Shown piece by piece: positions 13,184-27,040 of a stretch of DNA of 64,000 nt. The stretch is taken from contig JAKMXF010000031.1 in assembly GCA_024704765.1 (NCBI GenBank), forward strand, positions 1-64,000. Direction: 5' to 3'. The notes under the pieces were generated by a model. The model was not told the origin of the DNA. It saw only the letters and a program-made list of their open reading frames with translations, and made no database searches. This DNA comes from Oopsacas minuta. Lineage: Eukaryota > Animalia > Porifera. The translations under genes were made by a program, and so were the position numbers. How positions within the stretch are numbered: position 1 is the first letter of the stretch; the number at the start of each line of letters is the position of its first letter.

Positions 13184-14090
13184 TTCATAATTATTATTAC
13201 TGTTAATGTGATTGAGTAGAATTAACGTATATTTGTATCTGATAGGCCAGTGTAGTTTATCATCATAACCTCCTTTCATAATACAAATGGAAACACCTGC
13301 ATTCCACCGATTCCATAGAATATTTCCCTGACACTTGTATAATCCTACATAGAATGGATCACTGTAAGTATAATCATAGTTTTGTATCTTCTGTTTAACA
13401 CCTTTAATCTTCCATTCCAATTGTCCTGTAGATAGAGGTAGAGGTGTATAAGAATAGAGTACTTCTATAATTAATTTCAGTTCTGAATCCTTCTCAGTAA
13501 AGTTTTTCTCAAAATAATCGATTTTGGTATTTTCGGTTTCCAGTTTCTCTTCCACATGTTCAAATTTTGATAGCTCTTTTAATTTACTTTTATTTTCTAA
13601 GAATGTTATTCTCCCAGTTGCTTTATCCAATTTTTGAGATGTTTGAATTTGTTTCAGTTTCATATCAGTCATGGATAATCTGTAGTGAATATGCATGAAT
13701 GTTCTCTTTCATGAAGATGCATCTCTTTCCTCTCCGTCTCCCTCAACATCCATGGTCCCAATAAGGGCACTCTACTTTCTGTAGAGGACAGTCATTAGAT
13801 AGATGGACAGGAACATCTCCCCTCTTTATTTGTCTGGCCCCATCCTCTCTTTCTATTATCCATCCATTCGGATAAGAATGGAAAATGCTCACAGTCCTCC
13901 GAATGAAGATTCATCCCACAGGTCTTCACTGTATTCACACAAAATTCATACACAAGTTCTCAAAGGGACACGAGTCTCTCTGGTATTCTGGAATCAGTCT
14001 CTTCTCTAGTTTGATGACTTTCCCTTTCCTCTCTCCTTCTAGACAGACACAACCCAGAGGACATAGTACAGGAAAGAACTCACATTCATT
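13184..14090 (-). pseudogene. Truncated, frameshifted paralog of the TRAF gene at 9522-10986
   Basis: Long near-identical stretches with 9710-10580. The 5' end is cut by the repeat at 14095, the 3' end is replaced at 13184, and the zinc-finger part is frameshifted. Confidence 0.88.
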
Positions 14091-14094
14091 TGCC

Positions 14095-14362
14095 TTATAC
14101 GTTTAATCTACAATTTTAGTGACGTAACTTCTATTAGGCTAATTTCTGTAATAAATATTTTGCATTAAACAGAAGTTCTGGAATTGTTAATGAATAATCT
14201 CAGTATTGTTAACCATATCCTGTAATACTTGATAATAATGTGACTTATACAAGTCTATCAATGTTAAAATCTAATATTTCGAGGTTAACATAGACGCATA
14301 ATACTTTCAAATAGATCACATATCCCGTATTATGCGTTATACGCGTATTATGCAATTTAGAG
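14095..14362. mobile_element. Partial copy of the CTAAG-terminated MITE family
   Basis: Shares aatctacaattttagtgacgtaacttctattaggctaatttctg... with 31153-31469; one terminus present. Confidence 0.75.
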
Positions 14363-15403
14363 ATATACTAAGCATCTCATGTAATTGAGTAGAGTTTTGC
14401 TGCTATAAATTAAGGAAGAGAACTTTCTGAATGCCCAAAGTATAATACGGGAAGTAAGTTTCCAGCTTAATATCACACTTCTTGTGCGAATGTGACATCA
14501 TCTATGATTATCTGGTAATCCAATTCGTATACATAGTATGTATGTACGTGTTTACTAAATGCTAATACATGTAGACACACCTTCATATTGCTCACTAATG
14601 TACAGTATAATTCCACGTGTATTATTCTAATAGATTTATATAATTAACCTTCAAACCGTAATTCCCGTTAACTAATAAGATATCATCCGGGAAAGATACC
14701 AAATCTTACTACATTTTTATAATAATATCCCAGATATTCTATTAACAGGTATGGCAATAAGTCAATAATAGAGTATTCAGTCAGGGTTCCGTCGGTATGG
14801 AGTTAGGTATCATTTTCTTGCAATGGGAATTCCCATATAAGAATACCTATTTATTCTCCGTACTAATCCGTGTGTATTCTCTTGAGATGAATTCCTGCAT
14901 CCAGGGTTGCCACTGAAATGGGAATTCCTACAGAAACCCTGTGAGAATGGGAATTGAAATTCTCCTGATTTAGTACAAGAAATAAAGAAATGTTTTTGTA
15001 TTTAAACTTTTAATGATAATAATCGTAAGAATATTAACAGGATCCTCTGTACCAGTACTGAAGCTGATAATTGTTGATTTTGTGAATGATAGTCACTATT
15101 AGTAGTGAAGAGATCTAATATGGATTAATGTCCAGTCAGACTGTGGTTGTTAGCTAATTCAAGAAAATTGACGAGAAATTGCAAATCTAAGTCGATAAAT
15201 CGCAGGCCTATGAAATTTGATGACTGCAGACGAATAACCTCAATCCTAGTCTAGCTGTGACGAGTAATTGTATAGCAAATTTTGATAAATAAATATCTAA
15301 AATCATCGAGAAATATCAAAGCTATTATTACACAGAATGAACAAATAATTAGTTATTGAGCTAAGTAACTCAACTTCACTACTGGGATGTAGTTAGAGTT
15401 GTA

Positions 15404-18400
15404 TTACTGACTGTTCGTAACCGCTGTATCTTCTGAAGTAGTTTGTTTGGACTCTTGAATCTCTTGCCAGTGCTGATCAGATATCTTGTATATACCTTGT
15501 ACTTGCTCTTGTAGTTCTAAAGTTATCTAAGGAAATGGACAGATAGGTTAGATAAATAGTAGGTTTATGAACAGGAATAAAGTATTATTCCCTTTTGGAG
15601 GATATTTCAGGAATTCACATTAATATTACAATGTAAGCTGCTTAACCGGGACAGCTCGGGAGTCAATGATTTGTCCCGATTAACCGATTATGATTGAGTT
15701 AAGTATTCAAAACTGGCTTTTCATGGCCTCATAACCAGAAATATCTTATAGTTTAAACAATAAAGCACGGACATACTCTGCAACCCATGCAAAACGTTTG
15801 GATATCCAACTGTCTGGTCATTATTGAGGGAATTATACAAGGTGGAATAGCCAATGGAACCTGAGGCGAGTGAGCAAAGTAAATAATCTTAGACTAGCAA
15901 ATGGTAATTGGATCGGTGTTGTATGTTTGTAGATAATATTCAACTTCATAGAGTTAAAATAACAATTATACAATGACTCTGAATAATATACAAACGGTTA
16001 ATCGGGATAAGAAATCCCGAATAACCGATTCGATGTCCCTAGCATCAGACGATTTTTCTATGTAAAAAATCTGTTCCCAATCATTGTCCTGATTAAGCTG
16101 CTTCCATTGCAGTAGGTTATATGATAAATACAAGAGAGATTACATATGAGAAACTTGAAATAAGAAATTATAATTCAGAGTACACTACACCCTCACTAAT
16201 CCGAACAGTTAGGCTCCAATCTCAAAATATTTCGTTCGGATTAGTGAAATACACTGAAACTTTACTATAGGAATAGGAGGACTTAGTTGCCCCTAGATAG
16301 CCGTTTAGAGCAAGCCTGTATATATATTTTGAGATTTGGCTAATTTGTTTACTTTATATAAAAACAACAATAAATTTACATATGATTAATCCAAAAGTGT
16401 GAAAATCAGATTCAGCATGTTCGATATACACTCCCTGGCCAAAAGTATTGGAACTCTTTGCCACAATTGACACATGGCACAAATATGTATTTACTTTAGT
16501 TGCATAGGCTGAAGATAACTTTAAACGTCTATGAACTACTTTAGATAATTACTTTTATCATTACAATCGCCTTTTCTGTTATATTTTCAGACTATTCAGT
16601 ACTTATATTCTCGCAATGTGCCATATGCCACAGGTGTCATTAATGGTATGGTGTTCCAATACTTTTGGCCAGGGAGTGTATTCAGTGAAGTTTTATTGAG
16701 TTCTATTTACTTCCTTGATAAACAAGATAAATACATAGTTATGCGACAATTTCAAAATTGCATACCGTAAATCCTTTCTGTGACAACGGACAAACAAACA
16801 GACAGACAGACAGACAGACAACAATTGAGATTTAATAATATAGATTCGGAGTACTTGCATATGAAAATGCTGCAAGCATATACAATAAGGTCATTTTGAA
16901 CATTTTCCAAAGGTTGTCCAGCACCTGTTCACGTAGCGATGGTCTACTGAACTAGGTTAGTTGCTAGAGCAAGTCTCTTTCTAAATAGAATTACGTAGAT
17001 TTCGTTACAGTCAACTCCCGTGACATCGAACACGGATATATCCAAATAACCGCTGATATATTGAACTTCTCATATGCTAAATGACTGATGGCGACCCAAA
17101 GAGCTTGACAAAGATGTAGGACACGTAAACTCCGTAGTACACTAGTATATAATGTAACAATATTTGTAGATAATGGTAAACTTACTTGAGAAGTTAATAT
17201 AGCATACCATTGCTGATTCTGCTGACTAATAGACTCAATCAGAAGCTTAAAGGCAATAAACTCATCATATTCATCATCTACATCTACTAACGTCTCGTAG
17301 TCACTTTCTAGCTCTGTCTTATCGAGAGTGTCTGTGTCATGGTCTGAACTATCAGAGCTATACTCTTCCTCTCCTCCTGCGTGCTTTAATAAACGTCGGA
17401 ATTCCTTAAAATCATCCTCGTCGTCAAGGACGTCCTCTCCATCACTCACAATAGGTTTCCTGGCTACATCTTCATCAGAGTTTAGTCCAGATCCTGACGT
17501 GTTAGAGGTCTTAGCTTCTTCTTCTTCTTCTTCGTTTTTCTCATACGCCTTAATCAGCTGATTCAGGATTGATACCATATTAGGTATAATTATAGGCGCC
17601 AAATTCTGAAAACATTCAAGCTGAATAGCAGTCCCAGACTGAAGGAGAGAGCATAACGCTAGAATAGATATCTTTCTGTCGTGAATACCCTCCAGATCAT
17701 CAGGATTCTCAATCCATCTAGACAATAGTTGTGACGTCACGCTCTCATCACAATTCGGGAACCTAGTGTTCTCCACAAGTTGTAGCACTATATCTGGAGA
17801 GGTGAAAAAGGCTGCTATCACTACCATGAAGCACTGAGACCTCAGCTCAGGTGTCTCTGTACTCTGAGTTAGCTTACACATGACTGGAGTTAGTATAGCT
17901 GGTAACCACGCATCAACTTTACCTTTAAGATTCAATACAATTATCTCCAACATTTTACAAGCATGCTGCTGTGAGTTCTCTTCATCAGATCTCTCCAGCA
18001 CTCCACTACACATGTCTATAATACATTCCATGTATTTAGCATTAGATAGGAAGGTATCTTCATCTACTGATACGTAGTTATACAGACTAGGCATAATACT
18101 GGGGAAATAGTCAAATGCATCTCTCTTGAAACACTCGTATATCAGGAATAATACATCCCACATTCCAGGACTAATCTGATCATCTGTTAGCTTCTCAATT
18201 ATTAGGAACACCTCCTCGTATAGATCCAGTAGCCCTGTCTTCAATAGATATACCATTAGCTTTCCTATACACTGCTCTAGCTGTGATAACAATGTGAGGT
18301 TGTCAGACATAGCAGTCAGTAAGGAGAGGATAGAATTAAGTATCCCCATAGCTACCAGAGATTTTGAGAATTCACCTTCATCTAGAGGCATTTCAGGGGG

Positions 18401-21400
18401 AGTACTAGTTATCTGTACATCTGGAGAGTCAGTATTGATGTCGTACATCTCAGAGAATGTTCCTACCAGACTGGAGCACAGATCAACTGCAATCCCTGAT
18501 ATGTCTTCGCCTATGTTATACAATAAAATTATATAGCTCGTATAATGAGAGAATTACTTCCTACTGTAACGAAATATTCAAAGATGACGTCATGTCCACC
18601 CAAAATCGCCCTAGTTTCGCCTATGAACTAGCGTACGTAGATTTCTTTTAGTAATAAAGCTATGATATCAAACTAAGTTATATAATACGCGTATAACGCA
18701 TAATACGTTAAATGTGATCTATTTTGAAAGTATTATCCTTCTAGGTTAACCTGAAATATGAGATTTTGACACTGTTGGACTTGTATAAGTCACTTTATTA
18801 TCAAGTATGATATAATCAATTACTTATTTATTGCACAGCTGTACAGATCAGCTTTTCTATCTTCGAGGAAAGGATATTTTTTCGGATTAATGAAAGTCCC
18901 CTTTGTGAATGGAGTATGGTGTTTTGTATTGCAAAAAAAACTTTACTATACTATAACTCAGCTATATAAGGAATATCATTATTCAAGTCACTCCAAATCC
19001 AAATATACACAATACATCATGCATAAGCAACATTATTATCAAGTATGATATAGTTTGGTTAACAATGCTGAGATTTCTCATTAACAATTCTGAACTACTG
19101 TTTTGATGCAAAGTATTTATTGCAGAAATTAGCCTAACAGAAGTTACGTCATCAAAATTGTAGATTGAACGTATATGTAATACAAATTATACGAAATATG
19201 TCTTCATTGAAAGACGTATTACACAACTTAGCTATCATAAAAGTTTGATCAAAACTCCCAAACAAGTAAAGATATATTTGCATAGTATTGTGAAGCTATA
19301 TTAACACTAATCTATGACTCAATAACCACAAAACACAGAAAAATACACAGACACATTATATGCAAGCTAGATTTAAATATTTAAATCTGTCTAGACAACT
19401 CTATAAGCTAGTTACAAGACAATGGGATATGGATGGCTAGATAGGTCCAAAAATTCACCAACCAATATCAACTGGTAAAAATTGGTCAGGTCCAGTTTTG
19501 GCTGAGTAAAACTGGTCGGGGGACCAAATTTGGACAATAGGGATAATTATTGGTCCCGGACCAGTTTTGGCGTGACACTACTGGCTACCTCTTTGTGAGT
19601 AGACAACGCCTATAGGTTAAACAAATTATGAAGAGGAATACAGCAGTATGATTGTATTAGAGAAGGTTTAAAGAGGAATCTACACTATAACTAGTAATAA
19701 GAAATGACAGATTCAGACATCGGTTCAATCCATTTCAATGGTGCAATTAGGGATCGACCGGAGCTCCGATCGATCCCTTGTTCCTCAAGTACAACCTAAG
19801 AGCTGTTGGATTTGGCTCATTCAAATTACTTCAACCACCTCCTGACGAAGTTCTTCCTAATCAACACGTCGAGGAAATTGATGATGATAGTGAAGATTTG
19901 ATATATGCAAGGTTAAGATAGATTATAGAAATGACATACGTATATATTTTGATTTAGAATCTCGCATTTAAATTTCTTGGTTCCAAACCTATGATGTTTT
20001 GCTTTAGAAATAACTCTTAGCATAATATTTCATTAAACACCCCGGCTGGCCAAGGGCCGGGTTCTCAACTTTTTGACGGGGCGGTCGATCCCTAAGTGCT
20101 ATTCCAAGCTTAGGTCCTCAGGACTTAGGACTCACCCCATGCTTTCAGCGTCTGTTTAGTACATATACACATAATGCTGAATGAAATACTCACCGTATAT
20201 ACGTATAATATCCCTAAGAGCATCTGCTATATCATCATTCTCTGTCTCTTTAATAAGCACGAGTAATTCCCGAAGCAGAGAGCCTACGAATGGTTTAATA
20301 AAGTTTACACTCTCTTCATGTTCGTCAAACAGACTCAGTAGACCTATAGCAGCTTCTACACGTACAGGAAGCTCTGTCTCATTCATCAGACATCCAATCA
20401 GTCCCTGTATAGCTTGTTGGAGGTTAGGAGTAGAGAGATGGAGTTTGTCGAAATTGTGGAACATCCAGCAAGCTCTAGCTCTAAGATATGCGGTGGAGGA
20501 TGTGAATAGCGGATGTACAAATCTCACGAATAGTCCTTCTATCTCCTACAACCATAACAGTTAGCTGGATTAGGTAAGATATTGACAAGAATGCGACAAT
20601 ATTTCAAAATATTCGAGACACGAATTGATGAGTGTATATAATAACGCTTCCCAACATTTTCACATGTGGACACCCCATACACATTACTTTGGTGTGAACA
20701 TAGCACGAACTTTTCAAGTTTGTGGGTCAAACTTATTGGGCTCATCGCGACACTGGGAGACAAGACCAACACCCTGCATGACACCCAGGTGATGAATCAT
20801 CCCTGTAGCAGACATTAATTAAAGGAGTCTGTCTATATATATACAAACCTGCCTGAGAGATTTCTGCTCATATATAGCCTCGGATGCACAAGATATAACA
20901 TGCAAAGCTCCATCAGTTCTCTGAGCATTCCATTCATCACCTTGTGCAGCTAGGACTCTCATACAGTGCTCTAATACCATATTAAGCATACCTCTCCTCT
21001 TCTTCATACACTCCTGTAGCAGAGACTCGGCTGCACTAACAGGAGACAGGAAGTCATCAAATATATCAAATCTAATCCTTATGTACTCAGATGGATCTTG
21101 ATCCCACATCTCTTGGTCACGTTGTGAGTGACACATCAAAGGAAAGACAAGAGCCAAGAAGAGAGCCTCGAAATTTGGTTTGATTAGTTTCCATGATACA
21201 GAATGACTGATGGAGTAAGCGAGGTAAGATAGAGATGTCTGTAGGGTGTTATCTGTCATAGTACAGCCCTTAACGTGTAGATCTAATTGCTGTAAAAGTA
21301 ATGATACTACTTTCTCTGAGTAATGCTGAGTGAAGAACTTCTTGAATCTGACATGTTTCTTATCATCAGTATCAAAATATTTCTTATCAGTATCAAAATA

Positions 21401-24400
21401 TTTAACAATAAGCTGATAGAGGGTCTTTAATGCCCACTTCTTACACTTCCACCACTGAGCACTAGCTCGTGATTCTTCCGTTAGTGTCGCGTCTATTTCA
21501 GGTAGACCCTTGCCTATTACACACATCCAATAAGGGAACCATTGATGTAGGACATGGTCCTGGAATATGGATAATGGTAGATGACAGTTCACGACATAGA
21601 ATATAGACTTTAATACATAATGCTGTATGTAGTAAGATAGCTCATCCTCTTGATTCACTAGAGTACGACAGCGCTGGTATAACAGAGGTAGGAGAGTTTG
21701 TATTAAACCTATATGATATATGATATTAGCACAGCTCCTTAGGGAGATTACCTAATGGCATAAACGTACGTCAGTAAGCACTGCAGTGAGAACTCTAGCA
21801 GCCTATTTGCATGATAATTAGTACATATATACATTCTGTCAAAGATTTTGCAACTGAAACTTTTCAAACCTTATTGGTGATTAAGTAATCATATTTTCAT
21901 TTTCACAATATTCTATAAGGAAAATTAAAAACATGCTAGAGATTAAATTCAATTAGTTGTTAGAGGTACACATTGATAGTAAATATTCTACGTATTTCAT
22001 TCTGTACAATATTTCTTTAAATAAGTTTGTAATCTCGAATTATCCAATACTAGCCGCTTCACTTACTTGCTCTGCAAACACCTGTGTTTGTATCTAACGC
22101 CGCACTTTGTGCCTCGAATGTTTTCATAAAATATACTAATATTAACAAATAAGGATTGAAAGAATTCTGAATCAGAGCACCCGATTACACTGAATAATTC
22201 CATTAAGGTTAAGAAGCCAGGGATATCTGACTTGGGTCTAGCACACTTGCGTACAGTATGTTATTATTTGTTGAATTCAAACAAATTCATATATATATTT
22301 AATGATTAGGCCATGTAAAATAAAATACTTGTTTCTCATCCATTTTCTTCTGCGAAATAAGGGCGGGGGGCGGCATTTTATTTTTATTTTTTGCATAGCG
22401 TCATTTTACTAATTTATTTAAACTATCTCGTTAATACGAATTTCTGATAAGACTAACAATATTCGTACATAATCAGGTCCCCACAACCGTACTTCAATGG
22501 ATATTACTCCGGTTTATGAGCTCCAGAAAGGCGAATAAATTTTAACCGTACGGTCCATTGGTGTTCGTATTATGCTTACACTGTATATGGGAAAACGCGA
22601 TTAATCTATAATTGTATATAATAATAATGATAAAAATAATAATAATAAAAATTTAGTGCACACCCCAGGGCTGATTTTGCCATGCAGGGAGGGGTATTTA
22701 GGCCTGACTCGGACAGGTTTGAGTCTTGGTCAAAAATTCTGTTCTCTTTAGTTGCAAATATCACTATCTTATCGGGGCCAATGCCAGAGTCGTAGAATAG
22801 AAAATTCCTGTTAGAAAATGTCTTGATGTTGTCAGCGTCTAATTGAAGTTCTTCAAGAGATACTGGATTAGGTGGAGCAATACGTTGCCTTTTATACATC
22901 ATTTTCAGGGCGTGTTGATTTGGAAGCAGAGGCTTCGCAGATTCAGACAATAAACTGGTCATCTCTCCTATCGCAACGTGTGGATTGTCATTAGTTTCTC
23001 TCCCTCGCTTCCTCATTAAATCTTTCATGACTGTTACCTCATCTTTACCGTATTCCTGTGGATGAGAATGTTCCTCACACCGCCACTCCTTTTTGATAGC
23101 TCCCCGATGGAAAATATACAATATCCGTCGTGGGATAATTTGTTAGTCCCCTTTGAAGATTTGACTATTTGGAATGAAGTATCGCGATTAGCAGACATTA
23201 GATACTTGGTGATAAAATATTCAGCTCATCCAATGCATTTTATAGATCCCGAAATAATTTTGTAATTAATTAGAGTTTATTTATCTGTGAAACCTTTAAT
23301 TAACTTATCAAACATACATTACATTGTACACAACTGTGAACTATAAACCTTGTACGCAAGTGTGATGTACACAAGTGTGCGGCTCCCATTTTGTCAAGTT
23401 TTATTGATGTGTCTAAGGATTATTGCAAGGTAATCAATAATACCATATCAAAATGTATCTTCAGGGTATATACGATATGTTTGCAATGTTATTGGCCATA
23501 ACATTAATGCAGGGGTTCTTAACCTTTTTTGAAGTGAAAGACCCCCTATAAAGATCTGGTGAAAGCTATGGACCCCTGTCCAGAAACTGTACAAAACTAA
23601 ATAAGGCGTTAAGTTGACACAATATTATTATTCACACGCATGACAAATCTGAAGAAAAACTAAGGTGTTTTGAATTACTAGTTAATTAGTATATTAGTAG
23701 AATGCGTATGATTGAGAATTAGTATCTTATGATAATTGCGAGAAAAAATATTTCTCATATAAAAAGAATGCAAAGTTTGCAAAGTACATGAAACTCCTTT
23801 TCTGCTCGACGGTATGGACCCGCTGAAGGACACCTACGGACCCCTTGGGGTCCATTGACCCCAGGTTAAGAAACCCTGCATTAAAGGCTGTCAAGTTATA
23901 AGTGAATATTAGCAGAAATGTGTCATCTATGGTTACTACTATAACCCTAGAGCGGGGCGCATGCATTGGTTCTACTCGGAAAATTGGCGTTAGTTCTACT
24001 TTTTCAATGTGTAGGCATTAGTTCTACTCGGAAGATTGGCAGTGCTACTATTAATTAATCCAACAAAAGTCCATCCAAACACAAAACTAGCATGGACTCT
24101 ACATCTCCGCCCCTAGGTAGCTTAATAACGAGTACAAATGAAAACTCCCAGACCAATAAGGTAGTGAACAAAATTTCTAATCCCCTCCCAATGGTACGGG
24201 TTTATAATTTATACAATAAAATGCCCTATCACGTCCTCGTTTTTTATAAATCCATTTTCTATATCGATCTATCGACAACATAGCTAAAATAAATTCGATC
24301 TATCACAACGTCTGAATTCGACTAAAGCCAACACACGGAATACGACCTAATGCAGCGCCCAAATGGACACATTGAAAAAGTAGAACTAACGTCTACAAAA

Positions 24401-27040
24401 GACAATTAGAACTAATGACTACTAGAGTACTAGAACTAATGCCGCGTTCCCCTCTAGAACATGAGAACTGTATTATGGCAATTTTTGATATTTTGTATGA
24501 AAATTCTTTGGATTATTTGGTGTTAATTCTAGAGTCTACGAAGTGATATGTGTATATATTCATTGATCATTTGACTGAGAAAAAATGGCGCATTTTTCAC
24601 AACATAATTCCGTTTTAACCAATCAGATGACGTCATTTCGACCTGGGACTCTAGTTTGTATTAATTATTAACTAACAATAATACATTTATTCGGGACAAA
24701 ATGCACCAATTTTGTATTATCGTTAATAATAGTATTGCCTATCAATATTAATGTACTTCAAGTAATCCATGGTTCTGAATGGTAGTATGACCTTATATAA
24801 CGATGAGGGGTGCATGCTTTAGTTAGAATTTTAAGGTTGTCATTAGTTAGAATTTTCTGAATTGTAACAAGTTAGAATGAATTTTTAGTCGATTCTAACT
24901 TGTTACAATTCAAAAAATTCTAACTAAAGCAGCGCCCCCAACGATGCTCACTACACAGGTTTCTCAAAATCTCATGTACTATGATCGATTGATTTCAACC
25001 TAGAGTTAAGTTCATACACCTGTACGTTACATATGTAATAATAATATGAATACCTTACTATAGGAAATTAACTCGAATTGGAGCTGAACACTTTCAAATA
25101 CATGAAATTATCGCGATTGAGAGGGAGAACATTTGTGTATACACTATTTTATGCGGATAAATATTAAGAAAATTATTCAATTATCTAAACATATAAAGAA
25201 ATAATTCCAGTCCACTTGATAGACATGGTATCCTCTCAAACCAGTCACGCATCGGAAAACATGTAATTTGGGAGTTTGCCCATCCATTGTATAAATTGCA
25301 GGAAATAATGTCATGGAGCGTTAATTTCCTATAGTAAGGTATTCTCAATTAACAAACCTAAGAATTCTCCTCTATTATCATCAGCTTTGAATTGATACTT
25401 CCTTCCAATCTGATACAATGCTAGAGCAGCTCCTCTCCACTGGGGCACTGAGTCTGTTTCTAAATATCCTCTCAATTTCAGGACTAAATCAGGCCATACC
25501 TGAGGGAAATCAGACCTTGATATCAGCTCTAGACAGTAACAAAGAGGTCTACGTGTGTTGTTATCCTCTGTCAGGACAAGAGAGTCTATGATACCCGATC
25601 GAATAATGTTCTTATCTTCTACAGATATAATATACTCAAGACAGTCTGTATCTTTATCTGACTTATCTCTCCATAGACGACCTAATGAATAGAATACATA
25701 TGTACACTCATTTCCTGTCATATAGAATACTGAGTAGAGTAACCTCCGGTTATAACGAAGTTATGTATTAATTGGTTATAACCGGAAAGCTATTGAATTT
25801 CACTCAGTTATAACATAGTCCTCTCAAAACAAAGCCAGTTACAAAAACTTCCACTAATATTAATCTAATAACAGTTATGGTTATTAAGATCTAGTGCTTT
25901 GAAGATAAGATTCAGTTTCAATTCAATTATAGTTACAGTCAAAGCATACCTAACCACAGACTATGAACTAATCAAACTTGCGTTAAATACGTAACGCAAC
26001 TTTCCTCACCTCCCTGACACTATTTGACTGTTTTGTAACAAAAAGAATAGAGATGTCACACATTTAAACAGTACCCTAAGGAAGTGGCTATAATTAAAGA
26101 AGCGGGGATTGATGAAATGAGAAAAGACTAACAACTAATACTCACTATGGACAAGTAGATGGCTATATTTTCGAATACAGTCGAATTCTATTAACGGGGA
26201 GGGGTCTTACTTTAGAGATAATTATGCCTCATATTTACCTCTATAAGTGTATAAGTATATAAGTGAAGCATTTTTAAGATAAATTCGGACCATGGATAGT
26301 AGATTTCGTATTTATGCTTGGATGTTATTCTGTCATTTTGATGCTGGATTGGAGGAAAGGGTATATCTAAGTGCTTGGTGGGAATCTAAATTGCCAGTCG
26401 GCAGCCATGAAGGACACAAAATGCCGATAGTGAGATTCAAATTAGTAAAGGATCAATATGCTAACGTCCAAATAAACCCCTGATTAAAGGGAAGATTCAA
26501 CATAACTTAAAGCCAGAGATCCGCCATCCATGGTTAAAATATAATTAGCGAGCGAGCGAGACTATTCTCTGTTCAGGCAGTACAGGCTAAACACATTGTT
26601 TGATGTGTGTTTGTCGTAAAGAGCCATAACCACACCGACATAAACGGGTCGTCCTAAGAGACCTATGTTCGGGAAATTTTGTATTTCGGTCTATATTGGA
26701 GTTATTAGGTAAGTGTTATATTTGACTATTTGGGTCAAAACAACTGTTCCCATAATATATACAATAGAATTCACTTAGTAGGAGACTAAATAGTTAACGA
26801 GAGGTAATGTATATTAAGCTATAACATACCAATAGTATTCTTGAGGTATACAGATGCTGACTGTCTTATATGAGGAGGTATATCAATACTCATATCTACA
26901 GCTATACGTAGCAGGAGAGGACAGAACCCTGTCTGGAATGAAGTCTCTTCTAAAAACCTCTCAGCTATGTTCCTCTCATTATCTTCCAACTGTACTGTCT
27001 TACTGAGAGCTGAAACTAACACTTCTAATGGAGATGACAT
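15404..27040 (-). CDS. IPO7: Importin-7/8 family karyopherin; exons 27040-26830, 25681-25358, 21708-20849, 20545-20194, 18510-17186, 15526-15404 (3195 nt, 1064 aa)
   Basis: All five introns are GT-AG with compatible phases and the total length is divisible by 3. IBN_N (AERFLEE...IRQSASVYLKNTI), DFPQVWP, QWWKCKKWALK, YLRARACW, GIHDRKISILAL and an acidic C-terminal loop. IPO7 vs IPO8 is not resolvable. Confidence 0.92.
15629..16109. mobile_element. pogo-type MITE in importin intron 5
   Basis: Imperfect TIRs caatgtaagctgcttaaccgggaca / tgtcctgattaagctgcttccattg. TA on the left, CA on the right. Confidence 0.65.
16295..16845 (-). mobile_element. Helitron/Helentron-like non-autonomous repeat with (CAGA)n; other copies at ~37236-37430 (+), ~45330-45400 and ~45733-45820
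   Basis: Both full 5' ends read a|TCTATATTATTAAATCTCAATTG. Shared internal gattaatccaaaagtgt and tagccgtttagagcaagcctgta blocks. No TIRs seen. Confidence 0.55.
16429..16678. mobile_element. Tc1-type MITE, 250 bp
   Basis: Perfect 26-bp TIR CACTCCCTGGCCAAAAGTATTGGAAC, with TA at 16427-28 and 16679-80. Confidence 0.95.
18673..19231. mobile_element. CTAAG-terminated MITE with an internal ~220-bp insertion
   Basis: Termini ctaagttatataatacg / cgtattacacaacttag. Flanks atatcaaa / ctatcata match 6/8, consistent with an 8-bp TSD. Confidence 0.8.
19748..20094. mobile_element. hAT-type MITE
   Basis: TIR TAGGGATCGACCG / CGGTCGATCCCTA. Flanks ggtgcaat / agtgctat match 6/8. Confidence 0.8.
22730..23130 (-). 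mobile_element. MULE transposase fragment (FLYWCH tail + downstream region) in importin intron 2
   Basis: WRC...HSH, PNQHALKMMYKRQR and FLFYDSGIGPDKIVIFAT are motifs I recognise from FLYWCH-MULE transposases. Confidence 0.75.
23510..23878. mobile_element. hAT (Charlie-like) MITE
   Basis: TIR CAGGGGTTCTTAACCT / AGGTTAAGAAACCCTG. Flanks cattaatg / cattaaag match 7/8. Confidence 0.88.
23947..24457. mobile_element. Possible TIR element with ttagttctac subterminal repeats
   Basis: ctagagcggggcgcatgcattggttctac vs tagaactaatgccgcgttcccctctag form a degenerate inverted pair. Confidence 0.45.
24843..24927. repeat. Near-perfect 36-bp stem / 13-nt loop hairpin
   Basis: ttagttagaattttctgaattgtaacaagttagaat pairs with attctaacttgttacaattcaaaaaattctaactaa with 1 mismatch. 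Confidence 0.9.

Noticed and set aside
20539-20784. Extra importin exon
   Set aside because: Exon 3 (ends 20849) splices in phase directly to 20545 and gives a family-typical sequence; this ORF is intronic.
22285-22400. Academ-like terminus (taggccatgtaaaataaaatacttgtttc...gggcggggggcgg)
   Set aside because: No matching opposite end or TSD identified; resemblance only.
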